In this document: one piece after another, positions 41,603 to 54,174 of the stretch
How the letters are laid out: each line of letters opens with the position of its first letter
Numbering within the stretch: position 1 is the first letter of the stretch
Assembly: GCA_964019425.1 (NCBI GenBank)
Contig: OZ025784.1
Coordinates: 372,001 to 436,000 of the forward strand
Direction: 5' to 3'
Length of the DNA: 64,000 bases
Source: Flectonema sp. DT1601
Lineage: Eukaryota
Position numbers and translations under genes: made by a program
Notes under the pieces: generated by a model
Seen by the model: only the letters and a program-made list of their open reading frames with translations
Databases searched by the model: none
Told to the model about the DNA's origin: nothing

Positions 41603-43663
41603 TTAATTTTCAACAGCAAATTCCAAGCCAAACTCATCACAAGAATTGAGCGCTAATGTGTTTGACAGAATTGTGTATATTTTACTACCTACTGTTGAGG
41701 CAATGCATTGTCCATTTGATTGCAGTCTTCCGTTTGCAAAAACAATGCCGACGGGATTAGCAGGAGATTTTTCAAGCATCAAGATATTATCCTTCGTACC
41801 GCTCACCATTTCAGTAGAGGTAGTGAATGACGGGAAAGCATTGTTCGATAATTCACCAGAAACAGAGATTCTCCAACTGGTAGCAATATCTGCTGTGCAA
41901 GATCCCAAAGACAGGACATGATAGTCGCCAATCTTTGAAACCGATAAGCAGTCTTTTGATTTCTTTTCAATAATCTTTGCTCCAGACGTTTTAATTTCTG
42001 GAACAGCATGTTGAAGAACTTCTAAACTACTTCCTGGAGGGGCGCAACCACTCTCATCAGTACGACTGGTTTTAATTGAGGTTTTGAAATCGGCGAGAGC
42101 TGCTTTCATTTGAAGACAAACAGAAGGTTCGGATGAACAAACGTCACTCGATTCTGTTGGATCTTGATCAAGTCTGAATAGATATGGACCTACACCTCCA
42201 ACCTTCCAAGGTGGAAGCATTATTGGACACTGACCCTTGGCAGGTGATTCTACAATCTTCCAAACAGCTGAACCTGTGTCGTTAATCATTGCAAATTGAC
42301 CTGACTGAGCAAATCCAAGAATCTGTCTTGGCGCTCCCTCAAGTGGTATTTCACCTTGTAGAAGATTTAATAAACTAATTCCATCGATAGCCCACGATGG
42401 ATTTGGATATTTAACATCCAATATATCAAGTACTGTTGGTAAGAAATCAACTGTACAGGTGGTGTAATTAGTTTCTTGATGTCCCTTAATCTTTGAAGGC
42501 CATCTGATGAAGCCAGGCTCTCTTATTCCTCCTTCAAATAAAGATGCTTTACATTGTCTTAAACCGTTAGATGCACTGTTTTGACCTCCGGGACGACTTT
42601 CGTCTGATAGAGAATGAGCGCCGTTATCAGCTGTAAACCATATGAGTGTGTTTTCATCTAGATTCTTTGCTTTTAGTAGTTTCCAGAGTTCACCAATTGC
42701 GAAGTCCATCTGACTGAGGGTGCCTAAATAGTTGCCAGCAGGGTTACCAAATGTATCATTATAAGCGTGGTACCACTCAGGTAAAGCATAGTGAGGAACA
42801 TGATTCGTGTGCAGGAATAGCGCTGCGAGGAAGGGTTGATCTTGAGATTTATTTCCGAGGAAATCTTCAAATTGACTGACAATATGAAGACTGTCGTCTC
42901 CGGTAATCTTTTGAGTTAGATTAGCAACACAGCCTCGATCAGTTGTTGCTGGTTCCATACAGTGAGGTGACGGGGTATCCTCAGAGAAAAACCAATAGTT
43001 GGTACATTCTAACGATGACCGTTCCCATTTACCAGATCCATTGACGCAACCTTTTCCTTCAAACTTCCATTCAGGAACACAACCACAGTTTAGTGTACTC
43101 GATTCAGCACTCGCTTCAGTCGCATGCCAAGTATCAAACCCATGTTGCCCAGGGTGGCTTGAAGGCCATTTCTTCATCGCGTAAGTTGGGGGCTCTCCCT
43201 TTACCCAGAAGTCTCCCAGGTGCCATTTTCCAGCAAAAAACGTAGAATATCCTTTTTCCTTGGCTGCTTCTGCGACAGTAAATGTCGTCTTAGGAAACGG
43301 TAATTTATCGTAACAGTTCCAAGCTGGGCGTTGTCCGCAACCTTCAGCTCCGTCGATGCACTCTCTGCGTGGGGTTCTGCCTGAGAAGACTGATGCTCTG
43401 GTTGGAGAACAAACAGCGCTTCCAGCATACATTCTTTTGAATAGCATCGTACCATCTGCTTTTGCAATTTCATCCAAATTTGGTGTTCTGGGAGGGTTTA
43501 CAATCCAATCCTTTCCACCAGCACCAGGTTGGTAGTAATCTTTATTGTAACTTACATCACCCCATCCCATGTCATCAGCTAACAAAAATAAGAAATTCGG
43601 AAGTTCCGCAGCAGAACAACCTGCGGCTGCGAGTAGCGGCAGTATCATTGATGCGGATTTCAT
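41603..43663 (-). CDS. Secreted arylsulfatase-family (formylglycine) sulfatase
   Basis: Signal peptide from ATG 43663, PNFLFLLADDMGWGD, TPNLD, CSPTRAS, GKWHLG, FTADNG, KASLFEGGIREP, LFRLDQDPTE. Confidence 0.95.
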   Translation of the reverse strand: MKSASMILPLLAAAGCSAAELPNFLFLLADDMGWGDVSYNKDYYQPGAGGKDWIVNPPRTPNLDEIAKADGTMLFKRMYAGSAVCSPTRASVFSGRTPRRECIDGAEGCGQRPAWNCYDKLPFPKTTFTVAEAAKEKGYSTFFAGKWHLGDFWVKGEPPTYAMKKWPSSHPGQHGFDTWHATEASAESSTLNCGCVPEWKFEGKGCVNGSGKWERSSLECTNYWFFSEDTPSPHCMEPATTDRGCVANLTQKITGDDSLHIVSQFEDFLGNKSQDQPFLAALFLHTNHVPHYALPEWYHAYNDTFGNPAGNYLGTLSQMDFAIGELWKLLKAKNLDENTLIWFTADNGAHSLSDESRPGGQNSASNGLRQCKASLFEGGIREPGFIRWPSKIKGHQETNYTTCTVDFLPTVLDILDVKYPNPSWAIDGISLLNLLQGEIPLEGAPRQILGFAQSGQFAMINDTGSAVWKIVESPAKGQCPIMLPPWKVGGVGPYLFRLDQDPTESSDVCSSEPSVCLQMKAALADFKTSIKTSRTDESGCAPPGSSLEVLQHAVPEIKTSGAKIIEKKSKDCLSVSKIGDYHVLSLGSCTADIATSWRISVSGELSNNAFPSFTTSTEMVSGTKDNILMLEKSPANPVGIVFANGRLQSNGQCIASTVGSKIYTILSNTLALNSCDEFGLEFAVEN

Positions 43664-44393
43664 ATTTTTATGGACAGCCCTGCGTGGCTTAATAAAAAGG
43701 ATTATATGTAAATCAAAACTAACATCAAAGTACAGAAGAAGGAACAAAACATATAAGCGAAACTAACACGAAAAAAAAAAAAATATTGAGGAGGAGGAAG
43801 GGTTGCATATAACCGTAAGACACAAATACATAATCGTATTGTCACTTATCATCAGATTGATGCAAAAAAAAAAAAAAAAAAGAAAGTCTCTGCAAAAAAA
43901 AAGAAAACGTTCATAATGACCCAAACACGTGTTAGGTATTTGGATTGATCTTTTTTGTAAACAGAAAAAAAAAAAAAAAGGCAGCCTCTTTAATATTAAA
44001 AATTAAAATTAGTTGATGTCTATTTTTTTAGTATAGAAAAAAAGAATGAAAATTAAAAAAAAAAAAAAAAAAAATAATGAAAATTATTCACTTCTGCAGT
44101 TTTCCTCTGTAGCTTCAAGTCCTTAATATAACAATTGATCAGTTGGTTAGCAAGTCCAGAACTGACGACCGAGTGGGGTCTGGGTAACCCGCACCAGTAG
44201 AGCACCTAATCATAGAGATTGTGTTTTTATAGCTTTGGCTGGAAAGAACAATTCCCAGCTGTCCACCTTGCCCAAAATAAATAAGAGAGTGGAACAAAAA
44301 TAAAATATGATTTTTTTTTTTTTTTAATTCCAAATGTATAAAAACCTTTCGAAATAATCACAAAATGTATATCGAATTACCCATATATGTCAC

Positions 44394-44424
<31 letters not shown>

Positions 44425-45941
44425 ACATGATCATCCCGAAATTGTCCCCAAGTATTATAAGGAACTTTAAAAGAAGTACCCACAATATCTGTGCAATATT
44501 AATAACTACCAATCTGTGAGGAACAGGTATCATCCAACAGGTCAGTAAATTATTAAAGTGCCACAAGTACTCTCAATACAGAGGGAGTACTTTGAGGGGA
44601 TCTTTTTTATTGTCTTTCTTTATCGTCTTTAACGGTAGACCTATTGCAACGATCAGTGAGTTCAGAAGGTCAAAAAGAGATAACACACTCTCTCGGGGGG
44701 TGGCATTTTATAATTACCTTCGCGTATTGAAAACGCGGGTTATGTAATTGACAAATGAAGAGTTCACATGATGAGACTGCAATAGAAATGAGGCGTCAAA
44801 GTCACCAAAAAAAATGGAATGTTTTGGAAAGCAGCACGAAAAGGCCCAACCAATATGTCCTTGTGACAATATGGTAGTGCGATACTGGAATTGTTTAAAA
44901 AGACGAAGGGAGAAAAAAAAAAAAAAAAAAAAAAAGGATTTTGATAAAAAGGGATTTGTGATAAGTCAAACAAAACACCATTTATTCCAACGTGTGAAGA
45001 AACAACACGCCAAGTCACTAACATTATTAGATGCCATGAGTTACAGTTTTTACATTTATTCAGTACAATAATAACAAGTGACCTAGCTTAGCGTTGCTTT
45101 TTCACTCGCATCGTGAAACAACAACAACAACGCATCGACGTTAAATGCATGCAAGTTTCTGACTCATATATCATTCTTCTGCCTCATACGTGATTTTCTT
45201 TCGAGCTCAGTGCGCAGGTCCACATGTTGAGAACCGAAAAGAGAAATCACACTCGGCAGAGTAACTCGTTAGGAAGCTTTGATACATTTATTAATTTCAA
45301 TAAATTGCTAATTTCGGGGCATATATTCCGCCCCCGTTTTCTCGCACGTGTGTCTGCGCAACCATTTGACTGCATTGACGTTTAATTAAATATTTTTTTT
45401 TTTTTTTTTTCTTTTCCCTCCACCCAACAATAAGAGGAGGATGATCTGCTGTATTTTATTTATTGTGAAATTTCCAATTCCAATAGAATAGTTCAGCTAG
45501 TATCCTGTTGGACTAGAAATTTTGTGGGGGGAAGTGAAAGAGCTCTGGGTGATAAATTGAGAGGACCACTCCACCCAAACAAAAATACTTTTAAAAATAA
45601 AAAAACAACATTTATTTGTTACTTTAAACTTATTAAAAGTTTTTTAGCAGGTTTGGATCTAACAGATACCGCTATACTAGAGAGAATGAAACTCTCCTTA
45701 GCATCACAGTAGTAGGTTTTTTTTTTTTTTTCCAATCCAAAAAGAAGCTTAAATTAAACAACAATAAAAACTTATAATAAAAAAAAAAAAGACACACAAA
45801 TAGCATTAGGGGTTCCGTAAGAATGAAAACATTCATAAAAAAAATCACTTTAATGATCCGTTGCCCTATAGACGATGATGTACTACACACTCAGAGACAC
45901 AGCTAGGAACAAAAAAAAAAAACAATTGGCGAGGAGAAAGA

Positions 45942-45978
<37 letters not shown>

Positions 45979-46158
45979 TACGCAACAATGTCAGCACTCA
46001 AAGCTATTCGTTTTCTGAAGATTAGTAGCTGACGAATAATTTCTGAAAATCCAACAGCGTTTTAGTGTCGACTAACACAAAAAGTAAATAACTTTGTGTG
46101 TTAACTGTAGAAACTAATGACCTCCTTATAATATAGGATAGAAACATTTTAATCGGCA

Positions 46159-46974
46159 TCACAACTCCATCCGTGCTACTAAAAACCCCAATAAGATAGC
46201 GAGATCTAATTCGTGGAGGGCGTGGAGGAGGATGGATCGATCTGACTGAGATCTGACTCTACACATTAGCGAGTCATCGATACAGATATTAAAGACACCA
46301 TGTTTGAATGATGACACTAGATCTCCTGTTGAAGTGAATGATGGCTTTTCAGTATTGAAGTACGGTCTGCGAACAGCACGATCAGGATAGGTCACGTTAC
46401 TGTCTGCTATTTGAAATGGTTGTGGGTGACCAACTGCAATCGGTTTTCCTTTCTCAACACGTATTTGAAGAAACTTTCGATCATTCCTAATGAGCTCCAA
46501 CACTCTCTTGATTCTACCAACGCTGGTGACTTGAACATCAACTTCCCAGTCAGTTCCTACAATAGTCCCTTCACCATTTCCTTCATTATTGTACATAGCG
46601 ATCAGCTCTTCTTCAACAGGTTCGATTACGATGTTGGATTTCCCTTCAATTCCGTTGACAGGTATGTTTGACTTGTCTCCCTGATATACTTTGAATCCTC
46701 CATCATCACCCATCTTCACAACGTAGTAGTCATTTTCAGTTGTACAGTCTCCACAACTATAGCCTCTCAACCAACTTAAGGAACTTATCTTTCGCTCTTG
46801 AAGAGGCTGAGCTTGCAATTGTGATATCCCACTTCTTGTTCTTGAAAACGATCTTCGCAAGGCCATCGATTCTCCCTCATCGCTGTCTGATTCCTTTACT
46901 ACTTTCTTCACTGGCCTTCTCTCCCGCACCGTTGCTGTTCTGGAGGTTTCTTGTTTACCTTGACATCCTCCCAT
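46159..46974 (-). CDS. Predicted dually acylated protein, possibly LURP-one/Tubby-C-like
   Basis: Starts MGGCQGK (Gly2 myristoylation, Cys4 palmitoylation). The beta-rich body ends in a hydrophobic helix DLAILLGFLVA; the fold call is weak. Confidence 0.7.
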   Translation of the reverse strand: MGGCQGKQETSRTATVRERRPVKKVVKESDSDEGESMALRRSFSRTRSGISQLQAQPLQERKISSLSWLRGYSCGDCTTENDYYVVKMGDDGGFKVYQGDKSNIPVNGIEGKSNIVIEPVEEELIAMYNNEGNGEGTIVGTDWEVDVQVTSVGRIKRVLELIRNDRKFLQIRVEKGKPIAVGHPQPFQIADSNVTYPDRAVRRPYFNTEKPSFTSTGDLVSSFKHGVFNICIDDSLMCRVRSQSDRSILLHALHELDLAILLGFLVARMEL

Positions 46975-48863
46975 AACTTAATCGTGATAGGTTTCTCGTT
47001 CTCCTTTTTTTTCTATAAAAAGACTGTGAAATAAAGATATGCGGGGGAAGGAAAAAAAAAACTAAACACGAAACAATAAAATACTTCATTTCCATCCCAT
47101 CACATGAAACATGCTTTAATGTAAAACCCTGCAGTCAGAATTAGCTGAATGTTTATTGCTACTACTCTAAAACTGTTTTAAATATCCAGATGTCTGAAAG
47201 AGTAACCTCCAGGGTCCTTCATCTTCGTCACGAGTCTGATGAGACTACTCAGGGGTGAGTGTGTGTTAATGTGCAGGGACTGAAGGCAGTACGTACAAAG
47301 ATGACCCTGAATAACTGGTAGAAAACCGTTTTCACCCTCAGGATAATATAAAAAAAAAATTAAAAAAAAAAAAAAAATTAATAAATAGTAATAAATTTAA
47401 TTATAATAATAATAATAATAATAATAATGAAAATTATATTTCATTGCATGTGATATCGGGTATTTACTTTAACAAGATAAAAAAAAAAAAACAAACACAC
47501 ACAAAACAAAAGAAAGAAAGAAAAAAAAAAGGAGTAAGATTGACGAATAGAATTCCAATAGCCCTCCAACCCGCAATTTATTTGAATACCTGCAGCCTGC
47601 AGTATGAATAATCTTATGTTTTTTTTATATCGGGTTTATTATTATTATTATTATTATTATTTTTTTAAAAAGTCTCGGTGACAAAACAAAGACAAAAGTA
47701 ACGAAGAAATCAAAGGGTAAGGCACAGAGACGAAACAAATAACACATCGCTCAGCTGGGTTCCAGTTGAAAGCAACATCGGACTCCCTTCGCAGCTGCAC
47801 AACTGCCGCATCAGTTGACTGGGACGAAGTACGCTGCAATAAGAAGATCGAAACAAACTGAATATCAATAATATTATCTAAAGATGGTTGTTTTACTGGT
47901 GAGGAATGAAAAGAAGAAACAAATAATAGTGAGTGCCCCAACACGAAAAAGATGTAAATGAATACATCTAGCGATGTCATCCCTGTTGTAAAAAAACACC
48001 TTCGTGGTCACACCAATCTATAAAAGTAGAAAAAAATCAGTTTTTCTTGGCAGAAAACTCCGCAAATTTTGAAGTCCATTTTCGTCTTCTGGGGACGTCA
48101 ATAAAAGCCTTGGCGAATTCTTGCGTGTCCAACACACGTGAACATTCTGCAGGAGCGAAGAACAGACAAAAAAGAAAAGAAAAGAACAGATGCGCTAATA
48201 GCATTAGCGGAACAAAGGGAAAGAAATAAACAACTAAAACACGTTATGTGACAGCCTAACTTCAAAGTAGTATCTGATATAGATGTAAACATAACTTGAT
48301 TCTTCTCTGATATTCTTGAGCTTTTATTCAAGCAAAGGTTTTGAATTGTTGTCATGTGGGTTACGTTTTGTCTTCACCACAAACAAAGAATTTGTGTGGT
48401 TTTTTTTATGATTGCGCAAGTGCACTTAAAAAAGCGAGTTAAATTTATTGATAAAAATTTTCTTATTTTCGTTTTTTCTGGTTCTAAAAAAAAAAAAAAC
48501 GAAAAGCGTTTCTTTTCATATTTTCGGTCAATGAAAACCTAGTTTTTTTTTTTTTCTCCCGATTCTCAGAGTCACTAAGAATCAATTATAGATTTGTTGA
48601 TTGTTTTTTCTTTTTTTTTTCTTCGTTTTATAATTTGATCGTGAAGTGGGTAAATTTAGATGCTTTTTTTTTTTTTTTTTTTTTTTCCACACTGAAAGGA
48701 AAAAACTAAAAGAACTTGTTTTCGAAATATCAAATATTAGTGCTTGTTAGGTTCGCCGAACACAACATGTCAGAGTTGGCAATTATCTGTCTGTTACTAT
48801 CATTATTAATCTAAAATAAATTATTTACTTCGAAGTTAGGAAGGGGGCAGGCTTTCTAAAAAT

Positions 48864-48895
<32 letters not shown>

Positions 48896-49747
48896 CCCTC
48901 TAAATTCTAAAAAAAAGAGAGAAATTTTTAAAATCCGAAGAAATTAAGAAAAAAAAAAAAAACGTGAACTTTTTTTTTTTCCCGCTTCTTGGATGGCTAA
49001 CCACAAACAGAGCGCTACTTAGTGACCCATCTAGACAAGAAAAAGGGAACTGGGGAAGGACGCTTCGAGGCCATGGATCCCAAAATGGAGGATCCAAAAA
49101 AAGGCTGCAGAGATAAGGTCATTTCCAAAACCGAAAATCCGCGCCAAATGTCAGAGATAGAAATTGAAAAGCAACCGGCAAAGGCAAAGACGCTAGCTCT
49201 CTACGATTGAGATTTCTAACTGATTGACCTCCCACGAGTCACAGTAAAAGATTCTTTCAAATGACAAAGGAGAATAAAAAAGTAAAGTAGGTGATGAGCA
49301 GGGATAAGAGGATAGAGGACGACGAACAAATAGTTTACTGAAAAAAAAAATAAAAATAAAAAAACCTAATATGAACAGACAAAGGAGGTAAGAATAAACG
49401 GCAGTCGACTACAATGGTTTGCTTGTGCGCAAGCCACGAAAAAGTTATAGCAATCTCGTCTGCAACGTGATGGGTATGCAAAACCCGGAAATGAGTGTGT
49501 GACAGGAATTAATTCCTATCTGTCAAAGGACCCAACTGGGTGTCTTCACAATCACCTGACGAGAACTACTTCACTTTCTGATTGGATTCTCATAAAGAGA
49601 ACCTTCTTATCACCAGTGGCATTATGGGTATTAAACACCCAGACTTGTGTAGGATTGCGAGTACTATCAGGTGCTGTCTTCAGAGGGTTGCGACAAATGA
49701 TTTTTTTATAACATTTTTTTTTTTTTTTTTTTTTTTCTCCCCCCGAA

Positions 49748-50658
49748 TCACTGCACACTAATAGCTTCTCCAACATCACTTGAGTGAGAATTCGCTTCCG
49801 AATCACCTTCCGCTTCGCCTTCTGATTGGAATTCAGAGAGAGGAGCATTCTTATCACCAGCAGTAGCATCTATTGTGTTATTAGAAGGGAGCGTTCCAAC
49901 TACTTGTCCGTCAAGAGTACTCTGTTTGTATTATTATACAACTCTTAGTCACTATTAATAATTTTACAAGAATGGTAAACTAAAACATACTTTATGCTTC
50001 TCAAACTGGCTGACATAAATATTATAATCTTGACGAGTGACATATCTGAGTTTAGATTATTTATTGAGTGACTTCACTAAAATGATTTGATAAAAAAAAG
50101 AAAGAAAAAAAAGAGTACATACAGATCCCAATCAGTGTCAGTAAGCCAAGCAATCTCAAGACGATTCATTTCAGAAGTAGGTATCCCTCCTATGGATGCA
50201 TAATACTGTTTTGTGTGTTGTGGTTGGTAGGATTTCTTATTTTTATTATATTAGTAGTAAGTATCAACACATACTCTGTTAGAGAAGTAGACATCATCGC
50301 GAACCTTCGCAGCGATTACGAGAGACGTTAGAAGAAGACGATGGACATTGAGTGACGATATTAAAACAGTAGCCATCTGTGATAATCTATCGATATACAT
50401 CACAGCAAGTACGAATGTTTCTGGACTGCAATAACTGTACCGAGCCCAACGATTGAGGTAGTCTTCTATTGATATTGGAGGACACTTCACACCATCGTAA
50501 ACTGTTGAACCTTTCCTCCCTTGTCCAACATTCATAGCATAATAATCACCTCTTCGTGCTAAACTAGTCAACAGTTGAGCAACAACAACAATATACCTGC
50601 TGTAAGAAGGGTAGCTGCATATCTTACTTTTGTCATATTTCCCACTGCGGGTTACCAT
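49748..50658 (-). CDS. PHO80/CYC2-like cyclin; 4 exons 50658-50275, 50205-50123, 50045-49991, 49921-49748
   Basis: PPISIEDYLNRW..YSYCSPETFVLAVMYIDRL...NVHRLLLTSLVIAAKVRDDVYFSNR|YYASIGGIPTSEMNRLE...WDL|YVTRQDY... All three introns are GTATG...CAG and the phases are consistent. Confidence 0.92.
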
Positions 50659-51117
50659 AACTCGTAAAACGGTTTTATTAAAATCAGAATTTCTTAATGT
50701 TATTTCCCCACCTGCTCTGCGTGCATATATGCCGCTGGGGGAATGCCTGAAAGGGGGAATTTGATTCTTTTTTTTTTTTTTTTTTTTTTTTTTTGGGTTC
50801 AAAGAAAATTTGGAACAACCACCCCACTCAATACGTCAATCATTCTTTACTATCTAAATATAGACGTCTGTGAAGGATAACAATAATAAGATTAACCAAC
50901 AACAACAATCAACACATTCCGGAGATTAAATTCTGTTTTGACGAGGAACTTATCTAATTTAAAAGGGTCGAAGGGGTTCAGGGGGATTATCCCCTGCTGC
51001 GGTACCGAACCCTTTATTCTCTCTGAGGGTTTTGAATGTTTTGAGTATCTGTATTGTATCAGGCATATCTTTAGAACATATCGATGTCTTGGTCTCTTAT
51101 AAAATACGAAATCGATT

Positions 51118-53142
51118 TTAATGTCTTTCATTGAGGTAGGTTTCATCACGTGAAGTTGGGTATTTCTCGCTGTGAAGAGTCTTTCTTGTCATCTCCTGTA
51201 GGGTGTCATCTCCTACTTGGATACAATACGGAGATGAAGTAATTTCATCTAACTTATCAAGAAACCACGCATTTGACGCTCTCAACCAATCAATCTTAGC
51301 CAATGCACCATCTAGACATGTAGCATGAAATATGAACCAATCAAACTTTGAGGGATCTCGTTGTTGAGGTTTCCATTTAAAAGTTCTCTTACCAGAAATT
51401 GTCTTCTCTGAAGATGGAACTTTATAATTACATTTCATGTTGTACAGCCAACGATCTAAGCAGTTGTTGGATGCTCCGTGACTGTGATCGTATTTTGCAG
51501 CGAGTTTTAATGCATTTTGATCACTAAGTCTCCAAGGAGGGAATACCATTATACTTTCGAATAGTCGAACGGTTCTGTTATTATTTACCAATAAATAAAA
51601 ACCTGTATTTATACTTTGGTGATTGTTGCTGTCACATTGATGTGCGAAATCTAAATTACGGGAAGCGACATTCTGCAAAGGATTAATATTCCAAGACAGG
51701 TCCATGTCTGCCATTAAAAAATGATATCCGAGACTGAGAATTTTTAATGCGAGGCGGGGTTTGATCCAGGAGAGTTCTTCAGTGACTTTTCTTTGAAATC
51801 CTTTATTGAATCCGGAACCTCCAACTTCCATGTCTCGTTCTGATTCAGCGAACATAGAACCATCAAGACAGGGTAATCTATTCTTAATACAAAGAGCTAG
51901 AGAATCACAATCAAGTGTCGCGATGATATAATTCGTGACACCTGATCGACCCACCATCGAATACACAACATTGTGTAAATGATCAACCCAAAATCTATTA
52001 AAAATATAAACAACAACAACACCATTCGAATCCGCCTGAACTTCCAATAATTTCTCAACATCATGATGATATCCCTCGTACGGTAGTTTCTGTATTCTAT
52101 TTCTGGGTATCAGCCATGGCGCAGCCAACCCATCAACACATTTCCCAGTTTCTTTTATCTCTTTTGTATTTTTATAGATGTTTTTATCAATTTTCTTTGG
52201 TATTATATTTGCATTTCGATATATATTCGGTACTTGAACTAATGACGGTATCCCGGAATTGAACTTGTGAGCTGTTTGAATGTCAGCCGGTGCTGCGATG
52301 TCTTTGCAATGTCGACATTGACAAAAGTAAATTGGGATCATTCCATTACAATCGAATCTTTTTATGTGAAGCCGTTCCCAAAAGCAAGTTACCAATCCTT
52401 TTCGGGATATAACTTGGGCGTGGTAAGTGACGTCTGAAATAGTAACGGACGTGTCAAAAGTTGACTTAAATTCAGATAAGTAATAGCTATTGTTTTGACC
52501 ACGAGTAGCCGCATCAATCATCTCTCCTCGTACGTTTTTACCCGGCTTTTGAGGGGACATAAACTTTGATGGTATCCACACAGTCAATACAGATCCACCT
52601 TTAATCAACCTGTTTGATAATTCGTTCACATCACTCACAGATGATGTTATCTTATTCCAAATCGGAACCAACCAGTTTGGTAGTACTGCTGCAGTTCCTT
52701 TGTTGTTAAGGGAATCTGTACAGCCTTCTAATTGGATTGGTTTGTTGTCGTTTTTTAATATTAATTTCGTTGAATCATGCTGTACTTCCACATCAGGTTT
52801 AGGAATAAGTTTTTTGTTGCTAAAATGAACTGGCCAGGGAACGTCATCGTAGTGACCCATTTCTGTTTCTGATGGAGTTATTGAAACACAACAGCGTCCA
52901 TCAGGTGTTTTAGAACAGTCGTTGATGTCAACTGTTGTTTGTTTTGGTGGATTGGTTTGCTTAAAACTTGTTTTTGTTTCAATTTCTTGTCGTTGTTGAA
53001 AAGGTTGTTGTTGCCGACCGACATCCATCGTCATCCCCCACCACATAAAACAACCAATCCACACTAATGCTGCAGCACCACATGCCAATATCAGAGTTTT
53101 TGCTCCCAACAAACCTCCTTTTCTCTTCTGCCATCTTTCCAT
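51118..53142 (-). CDS. Type II membrane nucleotide-diphospho-sugar transferase (GT77/Nucleotid_trans-like)
   Basis: N-terminal TM, NYIIATLD, WIKPRLALKILSLGYHFLMADMDLSWNINPL (DxD), INTGFYLL, SDQNAL, IFHATC. Confidence 0.88.
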   Translation of the reverse strand: MERWQKRKGGLLGAKTLILACGAAALVWIGCFMWWGMTMDVGRQQQPFQQRQEIETKTSFKQTNPPKQTTVDINDCSKTPDGRCCVSITPSETEMGHYDDVPWPVHFSNKKLIPKPDVEVQHDSTKLILKNDNKPIQLEGCTDSLNNKGTAAVLPNWLVPIWNKITSSVSDVNELSNRLIKGGSVLTVWIPSKFMSPQKPGKNVRGEMIDAATRGQNNSYYLSEFKSTFDTSVTISDVTYHAQVISRKGLVTCFWERLHIKRFDCNGMIPIYFCQCRHCKDIAAPADIQTAHKFNSGIPSLVQVPNIYRNANIIPKKIDKNIYKNTKEIKETGKCVDGLAAPWLIPRNRIQKLPYEGYHHDVEKLLEVQADSNGVVVVYIFNRFWVDHLHNVVYSMVGRSGVTNYIIATLDCDSLALCIKNRLPCLDGSMFAESERDMEVGGSGFNKGFQRKVTEELSWIKPRLALKILSLGYHFLMADMDLSWNINPLQNVASRNLDFAHQCDSNNHQSINTGFYLLVNNNRTVRLFESIMVFPPWRLSDQNALKLAAKYDHSHGASNNCLDRWLYNMKCNYKVPSSEKTISGKRTFKWKPQQRDPSKFDWFIFHATCLDGALAKIDWLRASNAWFLDKLDEITSSPYCIQVGDDTLQEMTRKTLHSEKYPTSRDETYLNERH

Positions 53143-54174
53143 TCTGACTTGTGGTATTGTTAACTAATGCATTGGTTAGTTGCTCTTAGTTGTAGTCCCT
53201 GAGGTTGAAATTATTTATGTAATGCGTCACACAATAGTCAATTCCTTCGAATGAAACACCATTTAAAAAAAAAAAAAAAAAAAAAAAAAATCAGACTAAC
53301 CAAAACAAAAACGTAGTTTGGGACCATTGGGTAAACTTTTTTTTCCTTCTTTTTTCCTTTTTTTTTTTTTTCCCCCCCCTTTCTGCAGAAGCTTACCCCA
53401 GTACATTGTAGGCAGAATGCGTATTTCATTGCGCTATAATTGTTTCTAAAAACAAGGGTACAACGCACTTAATTATAATGGAGAAAAAAATGACACAGCT
53501 ACGAAGGAAATAAATAAAACAAAAAGAGTGGGCGCAGCGTCTGCTGCGACATGTTACCTTCAATCCCTTGAATGAGGGGCAACATAAAAATAAAAAAACT
53601 GGAACTTGTCACAGTTTCATAAAGCGGCATAAATAACAAAAGAAGTGCAGTGACCCCCAGTGAGACAAGACGATGTCAGTGTTCTTTTTTTTTTTTTTTC
53701 GCGTTCAAAAATGCTACTTAGGCGGTGGCAACAGCTCCAGTAGTATTTACGGGATTCTTTTTTTTTTTTTTTTTTTTTTTCTCCAACTTTTCTTACCTAC
53801 TTCATATGATAGATTCTTCTTCGAAATCGAAAAAAAAAAAAAAAAAAAATTACCTGCGATTCACGACTTTTCCTCCTCCTGGTCGAATTTATCAGCAGGT
53901 GTGATAAAGTGAATGGGAGATGGAAAGTAAGCTACTATACAGACCCTGAAGGCTTTGATACAACAACCAGCAGTGCGTAGATTCTTTTTCAGAAACTATT
54001 CACTGAGGGCTGTGAAACATAACTAACTACGACTTGATTAACAGTTATGATTTCAGCTGTTCTCTTGACTGTTTCCGATTATTAATTATTGTGAAAGCGA
54101 TATCACGCTAAATCATAATTTACTCCGAGTGATCAACAGACCGTCAGATACCAAAATTGGATGCGAAGACTCAA

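Noticed and set aside
47235..47262. CTGATGAG with flanking hairpins, suggestive of a hammerhead ribozyme
   Set aside because: No GAAA after a stem II, and no stem I/III arrangement.
47403..47660. (AAT)n and (ATT)n tracts forming an inverted pair
   Set aside because: Simple microsatellites in AT-rich DNA with no other shared terminal sequence.
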